From assembly GCA_963741315.1 (NCBI GenBank), contig CAVUHK010000010.1:168270-232269 (forward strand): a stretch of 64,000 nucleotides of DNA. Direction: 5' to 3'. The first letter of the stretch is position 1. Every line of letters starts with the position of its first letter. This document shows, one piece after another, positions 26,620-36,371 of the stretch. A program made the position numbers and the translations under genes. Source of the stretch: an uncultured beta proteobacterium (GTDB taxonomy: Bacteria > Pseudomonadota > Gammaproteobacteria > Burkholderiales > Casimicrobiaceae). The notes under the pieces were generated by a model. That model made no database searches, was not told where the DNA came from, and saw only the letters and a list, made by a program, of their open reading frames with translations.

Positions 26620-27447
26620 ATGAGCCACTACGTCATCGGCGACATCCAGGGCTGCCACGACGAGTTTCGCCGCCTGCTGGACCTGATCGCTTTCGATCCG
26701 CCGCGAGATCGCCTCTGGCTGGTGGGCGACCTGGTCAACCGCGGCCCGGACTCGCTGGGCGTTCTGCGTACCGTCAAAGCGCTCGGCGCCGATGCGCTCA
26801 CCGTGCTGGGTAACCACGACCTGCACCTGCTCACCGTTGCAGCCGGCCATCGCAACGCGCATCGTCACGACACGCTCGACGCCATTCTGCGCGCGCCCGA
26901 CCGCGACGAGTTGCTGACCTGGCTGCGCACCCGGCCGCTGGTCGTGCGCGAGGACAACCTGCTACTGGTGCACGCCGGCCTGTTGCCGTCCTGGACGTCG
27001 GCCACCGCGCTCATGCTCTCGCGCGAAGTCGAGGCGATGCTGCGATCGGACGCGCACGACGACTTCCTGCGCCACCTCTACGGTGACCGGCCTGCCCGCT
27101 GGGACGATGCGCTCACTGGCTACGACCGCCTGCGCGTCATCGTCAACGCGTGCACGCGGCTGCGCTATTGCGCGGCCGACGACACGATGGACCTGGATGA
27201 AAAGCGTGGCCCGGAGCACGCCCCGCCAGGCTTCGCGCCCTGGTTCGCGCAAACGGAACGCAAATCCGCGGGCGTCACCGTGCTGTGCGGCCATTGGTCG
27301 ACGCTGGACCTGCTGCTGGCACCCCGGGTCGCGATGCTCGACTCGGGCTGCCTGTGGGGCGGCGCGCTGACCGCGCTCAGGCTGGACGACTGGCGCGTGT
27401 TCCAGGTGCCGAGTCGCCAGGCGCTAGCCCCAATGCCTCGCGAATAG
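26620..27447 (+). CDS. apaH: bis(5'-nucleosyl)-tetraphosphatase (symmetrical) ApaH
   Basis: MSHYVIGDIQGCHDEFRRLLD...WLVGDLVNRGPDS...GNHD are metallophosphoesterase/ApaH signatures. Confidence 0.93.
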   Translation: MSHYVIGDIQGCHDEFRRLLDLIAFDPPRDRLWLVGDLVNRGPDSLGVLRTVKALGADALTVLGNHDLHLLTVAAGHRNAHRHDTLDAILRAPDRDELLTWLRTRPLVVREDNLLLVHAGLLPSWTSATALMLSREVEAMLRSDAHDDFLRHLYGDRPARWDDALTGYDRLRVIVNACTRLRYCAADDTMDLDEKRGPEHAPPGFAPWFAQTERKSAGVTVLCGHWSTLDLLLAPRVAMLDSGCLWGGALTALRLDDWRVFQVPSRQALAPMPRE

Positions 27448-28207
27448 CGAACTCGGCTTCACGCGACAATTCGCGGCGGTGCCGGTCGCGCGCCGGCAAG
27501 GCCAGCGGCAAAGTGATCTCGACGATCAGCTCGCGCTCGCCAAGCACGCGCCAGAACGACGCCATGAACGAGGTTTCTCCAACGTACGCGGGTGCCTCGG
27601 AGTACATTCCGTCGGGCGAGCAATAGCGAAGCGCAATCGGCTGTACCGCGCCGCCGGCGTCGACGACCGGTTGCAGCAGCGAACCGTAGAATGGCAGCAG
27701 CGTCGTGCCGTCGGTGGTGGTGCCTTCGGGAAAGATCGCAATGGTGTCGCCCGCAGCCAGCACGTCACGCGCCTGCTCGTTGATGCGATGCGCGTCGCGA
27801 CGACTGCCGCGTTCGAGGAACAAGGTACCGCAGCCGGCGATGAGGTATCCCACCAGCGGCCAGCGACGCAATTCCGACTTGGCGATGAAGCGCGCGGGTT
27901 CGATCGTGTTGAGCACGAAGATGTCGAGCCACGAGATGTGATTGGCGACGATGAGTACATTGCCGGGCAAGCCCTCGGCGGGCATGCCCTCGATGCGCGT
28001 CTCGACACGCATCAGTTTGAGCAGGCGCTCGCTCCAGCGACGGATCAATGACCTGCGTTTGGTAAGCCCCACGAACGGAAAGACAAACGCGGTGGTGGCG
28101 ATGCCCTCGAAAACGTGGACACTCACACGCGCGTGACGGTAAACGCGCAACGGCAGTGGCGTCGCGCGGCGTGCTGGCCCGCTGGGATCGACGCCAGGGC
28201 GCGTCAT
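27377..28207 (-). CDS. lysophospholipid (1-acyl-sn-glycerol-3-phosphate) acyltransferase family protein
   Basis: Carries the NHISWLD (HX4D) and FPEGTTTDG motifs. I chose the start at ATG 28207. The longer track ORF is an Arg/Ser-rich extension. Confidence 0.85.
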   Translation of the reverse strand: MTRPGVDPSGPARRATPLPLRVYRHARVSVHVFEGIATTAFVFPFVGLTKRRSLIRRWSERLLKLMRVETRIEGMPAEGLPGNVLIVANHISWLDIFVLNTIEPARFIAKSELRRWPLVGYLIAGCGTLFLERGSRRDAHRINEQARDVLAAGDTIAIFPEGTTTDGTTLLPFYGSLLQPVVDAGGAVQPIALRYCSPDGMYSEAPAYVGETSFMASFWRVLGERELIVEITLPLALPARDRHRRELSREAEFAIREALGLAPGDSAPGTRASRPA

Positions 28208-28238
28208 GCAGAGCGCTCGCCACCGTAAGCGTCGCGGC

Positions 28239-29180
28239 CTACCACAGTGCTCCGCCGAAATGCCGGTCGTAGAGCAGCGCGAGCCGGTCGCGATCAACGA
28301 CATGGTTCTGGCCGCCGCGCGCGGCGATTTTCTCCGAGCCCAGGATCGACGCCAGGCGCCCCGTTCGCTGCCAGTCCCAGCCTTGCGCGATGCCATAGAG
28401 CAGCCCGGCGCGATACGCATCGCCGCAGCCGGTCGGGTCGAGCAACTCGGCGGGCGGCACGGTGGGGATGTCGAGCACGAAGCCGTCGGTGTAGATGCGC
28501 GAGCCTTCGCCGCCAAGCGTGACGATCAGCGCGTCGACGCGCGTGGCAATGTCCGCCAGCGACAGTCCCGTGCGCTCAGCGAGCATCCGCCCCTCGTAGT
28601 CGTTGACGGCGAGATATTTGGCGCAGTCGATCATCTCGATCAGCTCGTCGCCGGAGAACATCGGCAGCCCCTGTCCCGGATCGAAGATGAAGGGAATCCC
28701 GGCCGCATGAAACTGGTCGACGTGCGAGCGCATGCCCTCGCGGCCATCCGGCGCAACGATCCCCAACGCGATGTCGGCGACGTCGCCGATGCGGTTCGCC
28801 TCGGCGTGGTTCATCGCACCGGGATGGAACGCGGTGATCTGGTTGTCGTCGAGATCGGTGATGATGAAAGCCTGCGCAGTATAGGTTCCGGCGATGGTGC
28901 GCAGACCGTCGGTCGCGATGCGCTGCGAGGCGAGGCGTTCGCGGTATGCGTCGCCATCGTCGCCGATGGTGGCCATGACCACCGGCTCGCCGCCGAGTGC
29001 CTTGAGGTTGTAGGCGATGTTGCCGGCGCAGCCGCCCCACTCGCGGCGCATTTCGCCGACCAGGAACGATACCGACAGGACGTGCGCCTGATCGGGCAGG
29101 ATTCGGCTCGCAAAGCGATCCGGAAAGACCATGATGGTGTCGAGCGCAAGGGAACCGCAGATCAGCGTGCGTGGAGACAT
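28239..29180 (-). CDS. PfkB-family carbohydrate/nucleoside kinase
   Basis: Ribokinase-like motifs (GGCAGNIAYNL; DPTGCGDAYRAG). I preferred the ATG at 29180 to the TTG at 29189. Confidence 0.85.
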   Translation of the reverse strand: MSPRTLICGSLALDTIMVFPDRFASRILPDQAHVLSVSFLVGEMRREWGGCAGNIAYNLKALGGEPVVMATIGDDGDAYRERLASQRIATDGLRTIAGTYTAQAFIITDLDDNQITAFHPGAMNHAEANRIGDVADIALGIVAPDGREGMRSHVDQFHAAGIPFIFDPGQGLPMFSGDELIEMIDCAKYLAVNDYEGRMLAERTGLSLADIATRVDALIVTLGGEGSRIYTDGFVLDIPTVPPAELLDPTGCGDAYRAGLLYGIAQGWDWQRTGRLASILGSEKIAARGGQNHVVDRDRLALLYDRHFGGALW

Positions 29181-29268
29181 GGGAGTCAATGGTTACGAAA
29201 GTGCGCAAGTCTAATGCAACTGAGGCAACCGCAGGCGCGCAGTCTGCCCGCCCCGGGTTTTGCCGCGG

Positions 29269-30042
29269 TCACTGTCCGGTCGACTCGCGGCCGATCTCGC
29301 GCACGATGAACTGCTGCCGGCGCGAGACCGGCAACGCATCGGGCACGCCGCGCAGCAGCACTTCCCAATGAGCGTCGCCGTCGGCGGTGACGCGTCGCTC
29401 GAAGCCGCGGATTGCGTCGCGCGCGACCAGGCAGTTGCGATGCACCCGAACGAAGCGCGCGCCGAACTCTTCCTCCAGCCGGGTCAGCGATTCCTCGAGC
29501 AGGAATTCGCGATCGGTGGTGCGAATGGTGATGTATTTCAGCTCCGCCTTGAGGTAGACGATCTCGTCGATCGGGACCAGCACCACGCGCGAGCGCTCGG
29601 TGACCGACAGGAAGCGGCGGGTTGCCGCGGGCAGCCGGTCCAGCTTGGTCTCCGACAACGGCCGCAGGCGCGGCACTTTTTCAAGCGCGGTCAGTAGCCG
29701 CTGCACGCGCACCGGCTTGACCAGGTAGTCGATCGCATGCACCTCGAAGGCGGCGATCGCGTGTTCGTGATACGCGGTCGTAAAGATGAGCACCGGCGGC
29801 AACGGGAGCTTGAGCAGGTGCCGCGCGAGTTCGATGCCGTCCATGTCGGGCATGTGAATGTCGGTAAGCACCAGGTCCGCGGGCGTGGTGCCAAGCAGGT
29901 TCAGCGCCTCGTGACCGCTCGCGGCCTCGCCGACGACCACCAGCGGCATCGCGCCGGTGCAATCGTCGAGCAGCTCGCGCAAACGCCGTCGCGCCGGTGC
30001 CTCGTCGTCGACGATCAGTATTTTCAGCGGCGTGTCAGCCAT
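29269..30042 (-). CDS. LytTR-family response regulator (AlgR-like)
   Basis: A receiver domain (LKILIVDDEAPAR) plus a C-terminal LytTR domain. It overlaps the upstream kinase gene by 8 nt and shows the same synteny with argH as Pseudomonas algZ-algR. Confidence 0.9.
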   Translation of the reverse strand: MADTPLKILIVDDEAPARRRLRELLDDCTGAMPLVVVGEAASGHEALNLLGTTPADLVLTDIHMPDMDGIELARHLLKLPLPPVLIFTTAYHEHAIAAFEVHAIDYLVKPVRVQRLLTALEKVPRLRPLSETKLDRLPAATRRFLSVTERSRVVLVPIDEIVYLKAELKYITIRTTDREFLLEESLTRLEEEFGARFVRVHRNCLVARDAIRGFERRVTADGDAHWEVLLRGVPDALPVSRRQQFIVREIGRESTGQ

Positions 30043-31069
30043 GCGCGTGGTCGCCTTCGTGCGCACGATACGGCATCCGGATGTGCACTTCGTACATTTC
30101 CTTGGTCACCTTGCTCTCGAGACTCGCTTCGGCGTCGAAGTGCAGCGCCAGCCGTTCGCGGATGTTCGCCAGTGCCATCTTGTTGCCTCCCTGATGGCGC
30201 TTGCCGCTGTGGAACGGATTGCGCAGGATCGCATGAACTTCGCCGCGGCGCAGGAAGATATTAATCGCGATGACCCCGGGCGCGCTAGACGGCTCGATGC
30301 CATGATAGACCGCGTTCTCGAGCAATGGCTGCAGGACCAGCGGCGGCACCTGCGCGTCCCGCGGCATGTTGTCTACGTGCCATTCGATGCCCAGCCTGTC
30401 TCCCAGGCGCAGTTTTTCCAGGTCCAGGTACTGCTTGCAAAGCCGCACTTCGTCGATCAGCGGCGCCAACTGGCGGTTGTCGCGCATGAGTACGCGGAAC
30501 AGGTCGGCCATGTCCTCCAGCGCCGACTCCGCGCGTCGGGGCTCGCTGCGAATCAGCGACAGCACCGCGGTGATGCTGTTGAACAAGAAATGCGGACGGA
30601 TGCGCGCCTGGAGGGCCTGCAGCCGCGCCTCCGAGATGGCAGGCGACAGCGCCCTCGTGCGCAGCGCGAAGTAATAGAGCAGTGCCGCCGCCAGCAACAG
30701 CGAGAAAATCAGTCGCCGCAGCAGCACCGTCGTCGTGACCTCGCTGAACATGGTCGCCAGTACGGTGTTCCACGCGAGTGCCACGACCAGCGTCACGGTC
30801 ATTACCACGGTTGCCGCGACGCGATATTGCAGGCGCAGCAGCACCGGCGCGATCAGGTACAGGATCAGCATCTGCAACAGCAGTTGCGGCTCGACCAGCG
30901 CGGACATCTGCAGCCACAGGTCGGAGATCGCGTACCAGCGCGTTTCGATGAGCATCGCGGCGACGAAAACCGCCGCATTGACCGCGAGCAGGATACGCAG
31001 GATCGTGCCGAGATTGCGCAGGTCCGGCATCGAGAGCTGATCGTGGTTTTGATTTATAATGGATCGCAT
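30035..31069 (-). CDS. LytS/AlgZ(FimS)-type sensor histidine kinase
   Basis: Polytopic N-terminus followed by the His_kinase motif (RIRPHFLFNSITAV). I chose the start at ATG 31069. Confidence 0.85.
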   Translation of the reverse strand: MRSIINQNHDQLSMPDLRNLGTILRILLAVNAAVFVAAMLIETRWYAISDLWLQMSALVEPQLLLQMLILYLIAPVLLRLQYRVAATVVMTVTLVVALAWNTVLATMFSEVTTTVLLRRLIFSLLLAAALLYYFALRTRALSPAISEARLQALQARIRPHFLFNSITAVLSLIRSEPRRAESALEDMADLFRVLMRDNRQLAPLIDEVRLCKQYLDLEKLRLGDRLGIEWHVDNMPRDAQVPPLVLQPLLENAVYHGIEPSSAPGVIAINIFLRRGEVHAILRNPFHSGKRHQGGNKMALANIRERLALHFDAEASLESKVTKEMYEVHIRMPYRAHEGDHAHG

Positions 31070-31197
31070 CGCTTTGCTGCCTGCTTTGCTAGCTGAGGCC
31101 TCATCACGATCGCATCGTCGATGCGAACGGATGTGGCAATGCACGATCGTTGCCGCCCGGCTATTGTGGGGAAGAGCCCCGGGGGAGGCAAGCCACC

Positions 31198-32610
31198 ATG
31201 ACACGCGACTCCAACCACACACCCGCGCGCGGCTGGTCCGGCCGCTTCAGCGAGCCGGTTGCTGAACTCGTCAAGTTGTACACGGCATCGGTCGATTTCG
31301 ACCAGCGCCTCGCCGAGGCCGACATCACCGCTTCGCTCGCCCATGCCCGCATGCTTGGCGCGACCGGCGTGCTGGTCGCGGCCGACGTGAACGCCATCGC
31401 GAAAGGCCTGGAACAGATTCGCGGTGAAATCGAGCGCGGCGAATTCGCCTGGTCGCGCGACCTCGAAGACGTTCACTTCAACATCGAAAAGCGGCTGATC
31501 GCGATCATCGGCGACGCCGGCAAGCGACTGCACACCGGCAGGTCGCGTAACGACCAGGTCGCGACCGATCTGCGCCTCTACGTACGCTCGGCGATCGACG
31601 CGCTCGCCGCAGGCATCGTCAGCCTGCGTCATTCGCTGCTCGATCTGGCGGAAGTACATGCCGCGACGGTGATGCCGGGATTCACCCACCTGCAGGTGGC
31701 GCAACCGGTGACCTTCGGACACCACCTGCTCGCCTACGACGCGATGCTCGCGCGCGACGCCGAACGGCTGGTCGATTGCCGCAGGCGCGTCAATCGCCTG
31801 CCGTTGGGCAGCGCCGCACTCGCGGGAACCGGATTCGCCATCGATCGCGAGCGGGTCGCGCGCGAGCTCGGCTTCGAAGGCCTGTGCCCGAACTCGCTCG
31901 ACGCGGTGTCCGATCGCGATTTCGCCATCGAGTTCGCCGCCGCGTCGGCGCTGATCATGATGCACCTGTCGCGTTTTGCCGAGGAGCTGGTGCTCTGGTC
32001 GAGCCCGCGCTTCGGCTTCGTGCGCCTCGCCGATCGCTTCTGCACCGGCAGCTCGATCATGCCGCAGAAGAAGAATCCCGACGTGCCCGAGCTGGTGCGC
32101 GGCAAGACCGGGCGCGTGTACGGCCACCTGGTCGCGCTGCTGACGATCATGAAAGCGCAACCTCTGGCCTACAACAAGGACAACCAGGAAGACAAGGAAC
32201 CGGTGTTCGACATCGTCGACACGCTGGGGCCCACGCTGGCGATCATGGCCGACCTGGTCGGCGGTGGCATCGAGGTCGACGCCGAGCGCATGCGCGCCGC
32301 CGCCAACGAAGGTTTTGCCACCGCGACCGATCTTGCCGACTATCTGGTCCGCAAGGGCCTCGCGTTCCGCGACGCGCACGAAGTCGTCGCGCGCGCGGTG
32401 CGCCACGCCGAGTCCGAGCGGCGCGACCTCGCCGATCTGCCGCTGGCAACGCTGCAGCGCTTTTCGCCCCTGGTCGCCGACGACGTATTCGTGATTCTGG
32501 CGCTCGAAGGCTCGGTGGCGAGCCGCAATCATCCGGGCGGCACCGCTCCCGAGCAGGTCCGTGCCGCGATCCGCGCGGCGCGCGCGACGCTGGCGCCGCG
32601 GCCGAAGTGA
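31198..32610 (+). CDS. argH: argininosuccinate lyase
   Basis: WSGRFSEPV...; [12 protein letters not shown] is the fumarate-lyase signature. ATG 31198 follows a GGGGGAGG Shine-Dalgarno. Confidence 0.95.
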   Translation: MTRDSNHTPARGWSGRFSEPVAELVKLYTASVDFDQRLAEADITASLAHARMLGATGVLVAADVNAIAKGLEQIRGEIERGEFAWSRDLEDVHFNIEKRLIAIIGDAGKRLHTGRSRNDQVATDLRLYVRSAIDALAAGIVSLRHSLLDLAEVHAATVMPGFTHLQVAQPVTFGHHLLAYDAMLARDAERLVDCRRRVNRLPLGSAALAGTGFAIDRERVARELGFEGLCPNSLDAVSDRDFAIEFAAASALIMMHLSRFAEELVLWSSPRFGFVRLADRFCTGSSIMPQKKNPDVPELVRGKTGRVYGHLVALLTIMKAQPLAYNKDNQEDKEPVFDIVDTLGPTLAIMADLVGGGIEVDAERMRAAANEGFATATDLADYLVRKGLAFRDAHEVVARAVRHAESERRDLADLPLATLQRFSPLVADDVFVILALEGSVASRNHPGGTAPEQVRAAIRAARATLAPRPK

Positions 32611-32638
32611 TCCACAAACTCTCTGAAGAGGACCGCGC

Positions 32639-33517
32639 ATGACGACTCGCAAACTCGCATTTCTTGGCCTGGGCGTCATGGGCTCGCCGATGGCCGGACA
32701 CCTTGCCCGGGCCGGACACGCTGTCACGGTCTATAACCGCACCGCGGCGAAGAGCGCGGAGTGGGCGACAAAATATTCCGGCAAGTCCGCGGCGACTCCT
32801 GCGGCGGCGTCGGCGGGCGCCGAAGTGGTCCTGATGTGCGTCGGCAACGACGACGACGTTCGCGCCGTCGTCCTCGGCCGCGACGGCGCGCTCGCGGCCA
32901 TGGCGAAGGGCACTGTCCTGGTCGATCACACCACCGCATCGGCGACGGTGGCGCGCGAAATCTACGCCGCCGCCAAGGCGCGGGGCGTGCACTTTCTGGA
33001 CGCGCCGGTGTCGGGCGGTCAGGCGGGTGCCGAGAACGGCAAGCTCACCATCATGGTCGGCGGCGAGGCCGACACTTTCGCCGGTATCGAGCCAGTGCTC
33101 GCCACCTATGCCAAGGCCGTGACGCTGATGGGCGGCCCCGGCTCCGGCCAGCTTACCAAAATGGTCAACCAGATCTGCATTGCCGGCCTCGTCGAGGCGC
33201 TATCCGAGGGAATCAACTTCGCGGCCAAGGCTGGGCTCGATGTCGAGCGCGTGCTCGACGTCATCAGCAAGGGCGCGGCGCAGTCGTGGCAGATGGAAAA
33301 TCGCGGCAAGACCATGGCCGCCGACCAGTTCAACTTTGGCTTTGCCGTCGACTGGATGCGCAAGGACCTGTCGATCTGCCTCGCGGAAGCGCGTACCAAC
33401 GGGGCCGCATTGCCGGTGACCGCGGTCGTCGACCAGTTCTATTCGCGCCTGCAGGCGCGGGGCGGCGGACGTTGGGATACGTCGAGCCTGATCCGGCTGC
33501 TGCGCGACGCCTCTTGA
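32639..33517 (+). CDS. NAD(P)-dependent oxidoreductase, 3-hydroxyisobutyrate dehydrogenase family
   Basis: KLAFLGLGVMGSPMAGHL Rossmann start and overall HIBADH-like sequence. Confidence 0.9.
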   Translation: MTTRKLAFLGLGVMGSPMAGHLARAGHAVTVYNRTAAKSAEWATKYSGKSAATPAAASAGAEVVLMCVGNDDDVRAVVLGRDGALAAMAKGTVLVDHTTASATVAREIYAAAKARGVHFLDAPVSGGQAGAENGKLTIMVGGEADTFAGIEPVLATYAKAVTLMGGPGSGQLTKMVNQICIAGLVEALSEGINFAAKAGLDVERVLDVISKGAAQSWQMENRGKTMAADQFNFGFAVDWMRKDLSICLAEARTNGAALPVTAVVDQFYSRLQARGGGRWDTSSLIRLLRDAS

Positions 33518-33526
33518 GCGCGGACG

Positions 33527-33964
33527 CTACGCCACGCCGGCCTCGGCGATTACGACTTCGAAGGTGATTTCGGCGGTCTTGGCCAGCATCAGCGTCGCCG
33601 AGCAGTATTTCTCCTTCGACAGCTTCACAGCGCGCTCCACCTGCGCCGGCTTGAGCCCCGTCCCGGTGACCAGGTACTTGAAATGAATGCGGGTGAAAAT
33701 CTTCGGATCCTCGGGCGCCCGCTCGGCGTCGGCCTCGACCACGCAATCGGTCACTGGCGCCCTCGCCTTTTTCAGAATCCAAACCACGTCGAAGGCGGTG
33801 CATGCGGCCGTGCCCGCGAGCACCAGCTCCATGGGGCGGGCACCAAGATTGCGTCCACCCGCGTCGGGCGAACCGTCTACGACAATAGCGTGGCCACTGC
33901 CCGTTTCGGCAACGAAGCTGACGCCTTCGACCCATTTGATTCTTGCTCTCAAAGCACGCTCCAT
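33527..33964 (-). CDS. OsmC-family peroxiredoxin-like protein
   Basis: 145 aa with two conserved Cys contexts (LAGTAACTAFD; EKYCSAT) typical of OsmC/Ohr-like proteins. Confidence 0.88.
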   Translation of the reverse strand: MERALRARIKWVEGVSFVAETGSGHAIVVDGSPDAGGRNLGARPMELVLAGTAACTAFDVVWILKKARAPVTDCVVEADAERAPEDPKIFTRIHFKYLVTGTGLKPAQVERAVKLSKEKYCSATLMLAKTAEITFEVVIAEAGVA

Positions 33965-34046
33965 TACGTTGTACTGCGCCAGTTACCGTCAGTTAATTCC
34001 ATTGTTGTGTCGTGGACAACCAATCATGTTGCGCTGCACGAAATAC

Positions 34047-34075
34047 TTGCGTTGTGCAGCGCGGTATGCAAGAAT
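34047..34075 (+). promoter_or_regulatory. candidate promoter of the CU-rich sRNA
   Basis: TTGCGT-N17-AAGAAT with a TG one nt upstream of the -10 element (extended -10). It overlaps a 9-bp inverted repeat, GCGCTGCAC (34031-34039) with GTGCAGCGC (34054-34062). Confidence 0.4.
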
Positions 34076-34081
34076 CAACTC

Positions 34082-34183
34082 GTTCGTGGCTCGGGATCCT
34101 CCTCCTTTCCTACTGCGAACACATTCCTCCATTCTCCTCCTATGGTGGAATCCTAGCGCGGCCTCTGGGCCGCGCCTTTTTTT
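34082..34183 (+). ncRNA. candidate small RNA with three CCUCC anti-Shine-Dalgarno motifs (resembles the betaproteobacterial CU-rich 'toxic sRNA' class)
   Basis: Hairpin 1 pairs 34082-34089 with 34113-34120 and its loop carries CCUCCUCC. Hairpin 2 has stems AUUCC/GGAAU and CCAU/AUGG (34123-34151) with the 9-nt loop UCUCCUCCU. An intrinsic terminator follows. No plausible ORF is present. Confidence 0.5.
34156..34183 (+). terminator. Rho-independent terminator
   Basis: GCGCGGCC-tctg-GGCCGCGC followed by C and seven T residues. Confidence 0.75.
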
Positions 34184-34237
34184 GCCTGTTTCAACCCCGC
34201 GGCCTTCCTGCACCATTGCTGCGTCGCGGCGGCCAAT

Positions 34238-34266
34238 TTGACACGACCGTGCCCATGCACTATCAT
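34238..34266 (+). promoter_or_regulatory. candidate rplM-rpsI promoter
   Basis: TTGACA-N17-TATCAT. The -10 element ends 40 nt upstream of the rplM ATG. Confidence 0.55.
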
Positions 34267-34306
34267 CCAAGACTTTGTAAATTTTGACCCAGATCGGTAT
34301 TTCCCC

Positions 34307-34735
34307 ATGAAAACCTATTCTGCCAAGCCCAAGGACGTCGTGCAGGATTGGTACGTCGTCGACGCCAGCGAGAAGGTGCTCGGACGGCTTGCCAGTGCGA
34401 TCGCGCACCGCCTTCGCGGCAAGCACAAGCCGATCTTCACCCCGCACATCGACACCGGCGATTTCATCGTCGTAACCAATGTCGAAAAGATCGTGGTGAC
34501 CGGCAACAAGGCCGAGGACAAGCTCTACCATCGGCATACTGGTTATCCTGGCGGTATCCGTACCGTCAATTTCACGCAGATGCAACAGCGTTTCCCCGGC
34601 CGCGTGCTCGAGAAGGCCGTGAAGGGCATGCTGCCCAAGGGACCGCTGGGTTACGCGATGATCAAGAAACTCAAGGTCTACGCCGGCCCTGCGCACCCGC
34701 ATGCAGCGCAGCAGCCCAAGACGCTGGTCCTCTAA
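34307..34735 (+). CDS. rplM: 50S ribosomal protein L13
   Basis: [30 protein letters not shown]... is canonical L13 (142 aa). Confidence 0.97.
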   Translation: MKTYSAKPKDVVQDWYVVDASEKVLGRLASAIAHRLRGKHKPIFTPHIDTGDFIVVTNVEKIVVTGNKAEDKLYHRHTGYPGGIRTVNFTQMQQRFPGRVLEKAVKGMLPKGPLGYAMIKKLKVYAGPAHPHAAQQPKTLVL

Positions 34736-34779
34736 GCGTTCCCACGACTTCCTCACGAGTCCAACAGCAAGGTTCGTCC

Positions 34780-35172
34780 ATGATTGGCAACTACTACTAC
34801 GGCACGGGCAGGCGCAAAAGCGCGGTCGCGCGTGTATTCCTCAAGCAGGGCTCAGGTAAATTCGTCGTCAATGAAAAACCCGTCGACGAATTCTTCACCC
34901 GCGAAACCGGACGCATGGTCGTGCGTCAGCCGCTCAAGCTCACGAGCCACGAAGTGACGTTCGACATCATGGTCAACGTGAACGGCGGCGGTGAATCGGG
35001 GCAAGCCGGCGCGGTTCGCCACGGCATCACTCGCGCGCTGATCGACTACGACGCGCAGCTCAAGCCCACGTTGTCCAAGGCCGGGCTGGTGACGCGCGAC
35101 GCACGCGAAGTCGAGCGCAAGAAAGTGGGTCTGCACAAGGCCCGACGTCGCAAGCAATTCTCCAAGCGCTAA
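34780..35172 (+). CDS. rpsI: 30S ribosomal protein S9
   Basis: [21 protein letters not shown]...[11 protein letters not shown] is canonical S9 (130 aa). Confidence 0.97.
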   Translation: MIGNYYYGTGRRKSAVARVFLKQGSGKFVVNEKPVDEFFTRETGRMVVRQPLKLTSHEVTFDIMVNVNGGGESGQAGAVRHGITRALIDYDAQLKPTLSKAGLVTRDAREVERKKVGLHKARRRKQFSKR

Positions 35173-35201
35173 AGGCTGTTACTGCCTGTGCGTTCGTTCA
35201 G

Positions 35202-35219
35202 GGCCGCCGCAAGGCGGCC
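35202..35219 (+). terminator. terminator-like hairpin after rpsI (weak T tract)
   Basis: GGCCGCC-gcaa-GGCGGCC followed by TTGGCGCTTTTGG. Confidence 0.4.
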
Positions 35220-35317
35220 TTGGCGCTTTTGGATCGTCTCCGCCTCAATCCAACATCAATGCCAATGTCATAGGATACGGCGGCGATGCTAGAATCAGTA
35301 CCGTACAACCGAGGACA

Positions 35318-36361
35318 ATGATGATCGAGATCGGCATTGTGGGTGGTACCGGTTATACCGGAGTCGAATTGCTGCGGTTGCTCGCGGTGCATCCGCAAGC
35401 CTCGGTGCGCGTCATTACCTCGCGCAAGGAGACCGGCATGCCGGTTTCCGAAATGTTCCCCAGCCTGCGCCGCCTGGGCGCGCTCTCCGACCTGCGCTTT
35501 TCCGATCCGGCGCAGGCCGACCTGAAGGGCTGCAAGGTCGTGTTCTTTGCCACGCCGCACGGTGTCGCCATGGCACAGGCGCGCGAACTCGTCGGTGCAG
35601 GCGTGAAGATCATCGATCTCGCCGCCGACTTTCGTCTCAAGGACCCCGCCGAATTCGAGCGCTGGTACAAGATGCCTCATTCCTGCACCGACCTGCTGGC
35701 CGAGTCGGTGTATGGACTGCCGGAAATGTATCGCGAGCGCATCGCCAAGGCCCGCATCGTGGGCAATCCCGGCTGTTATCCGACGGCGACCCAGTTGGGC
35801 TTCCTGCCGCTGGTCGAAGCCGGCCTGGTCGACCCGGCGCATCTGATCGCCGACGCCAAGTCGGGCGTGTCCGGCGCCGGCCGCAAGGCCGAGCTCGGGC
35901 TGATGTTCAGCGAGGCTGCCGACAACTTCAAGGCCTACAACGTCGGCGCTCACCGGCACCAGCCCGAAATCGTCCAGGGCCTGAATGACTTCTCGAAGGC
36001 GCCGGTATCGCTGGTGTTCACGCCACACCTTACCCCGATGATCCGGGGCATCCACGCCACGCTCTACGCCCGGCTCACCGGCAAGGATGTCGACCTGCAG
36101 GCGCTCTACGAAAAACGCTACGCGGGCGAACCGTTCGTCGACGTCATGCCGCCGGGCAGTCATCCGGACACGCGCTCGGTGCGTGCGGCCAACGTGTGCA
36201 GGATCGCGGTCCACCGCCCGCCGGGCAGCGACACCGTGGTCATCCTCTCGGTCATCGACAACCTGGTCAAAGGCGCCGCGGGACAGGCGATCCAGAACAT
36301 GAACCTCATGTTCGGCTTGCCGGAAACCACGGGCCTCACGGCGCCGCCGCTGTTGCCGTAG
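35318..36361 (+). CDS. argC: N-acetyl-gamma-glutamyl-phosphate reductase
   Basis: [18 protein letters not shown]...NPGCYPTA contains the active-site Cys. 347 aa. Confidence 0.95.
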   Translation: MMIEIGIVGGTGYTGVELLRLLAVHPQASVRVITSRKETGMPVSEMFPSLRRLGALSDLRFSDPAQADLKGCKVVFFATPHGVAMAQARELVGAGVKIIDLAADFRLKDPAEFERWYKMPHSCTDLLAESVYGLPEMYRERIAKARIVGNPGCYPTATQLGFLPLVEAGLVDPAHLIADAKSGVSGAGRKAELGLMFSEAADNFKAYNVGAHRHQPEIVQGLNDFSKAPVSLVFTPHLTPMIRGIHATLYARLTGKDVDLQALYEKRYAGEPFVDVMPPGSHPDTRSVRAANVCRIAVHRPPGSDTVVILSVIDNLVKGAAGQAIQNMNLMFGLPETTGLTAPPLLP

Positions 36362-36371
36362 GTCAGCCTCG

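Noticed and set aside
29190-29268. Possible terminator or regulatory hairpin between algR-like and pfkB genes.
   Set aside because: Only imperfect short GC stems are present, with no U tract on the transcribed strand. This is not distinguishable from background in GC-rich DNA.
34012-34287. A 91-aa ORF on the plus strand covering the osmC-rplM spacer.
   Set aside because: It spans a promoter, two hairpins, an intrinsic terminator and the rplM promoter. It has no Shine-Dalgarno and its translation is implausible. The region is better explained as an sRNA plus promoters.
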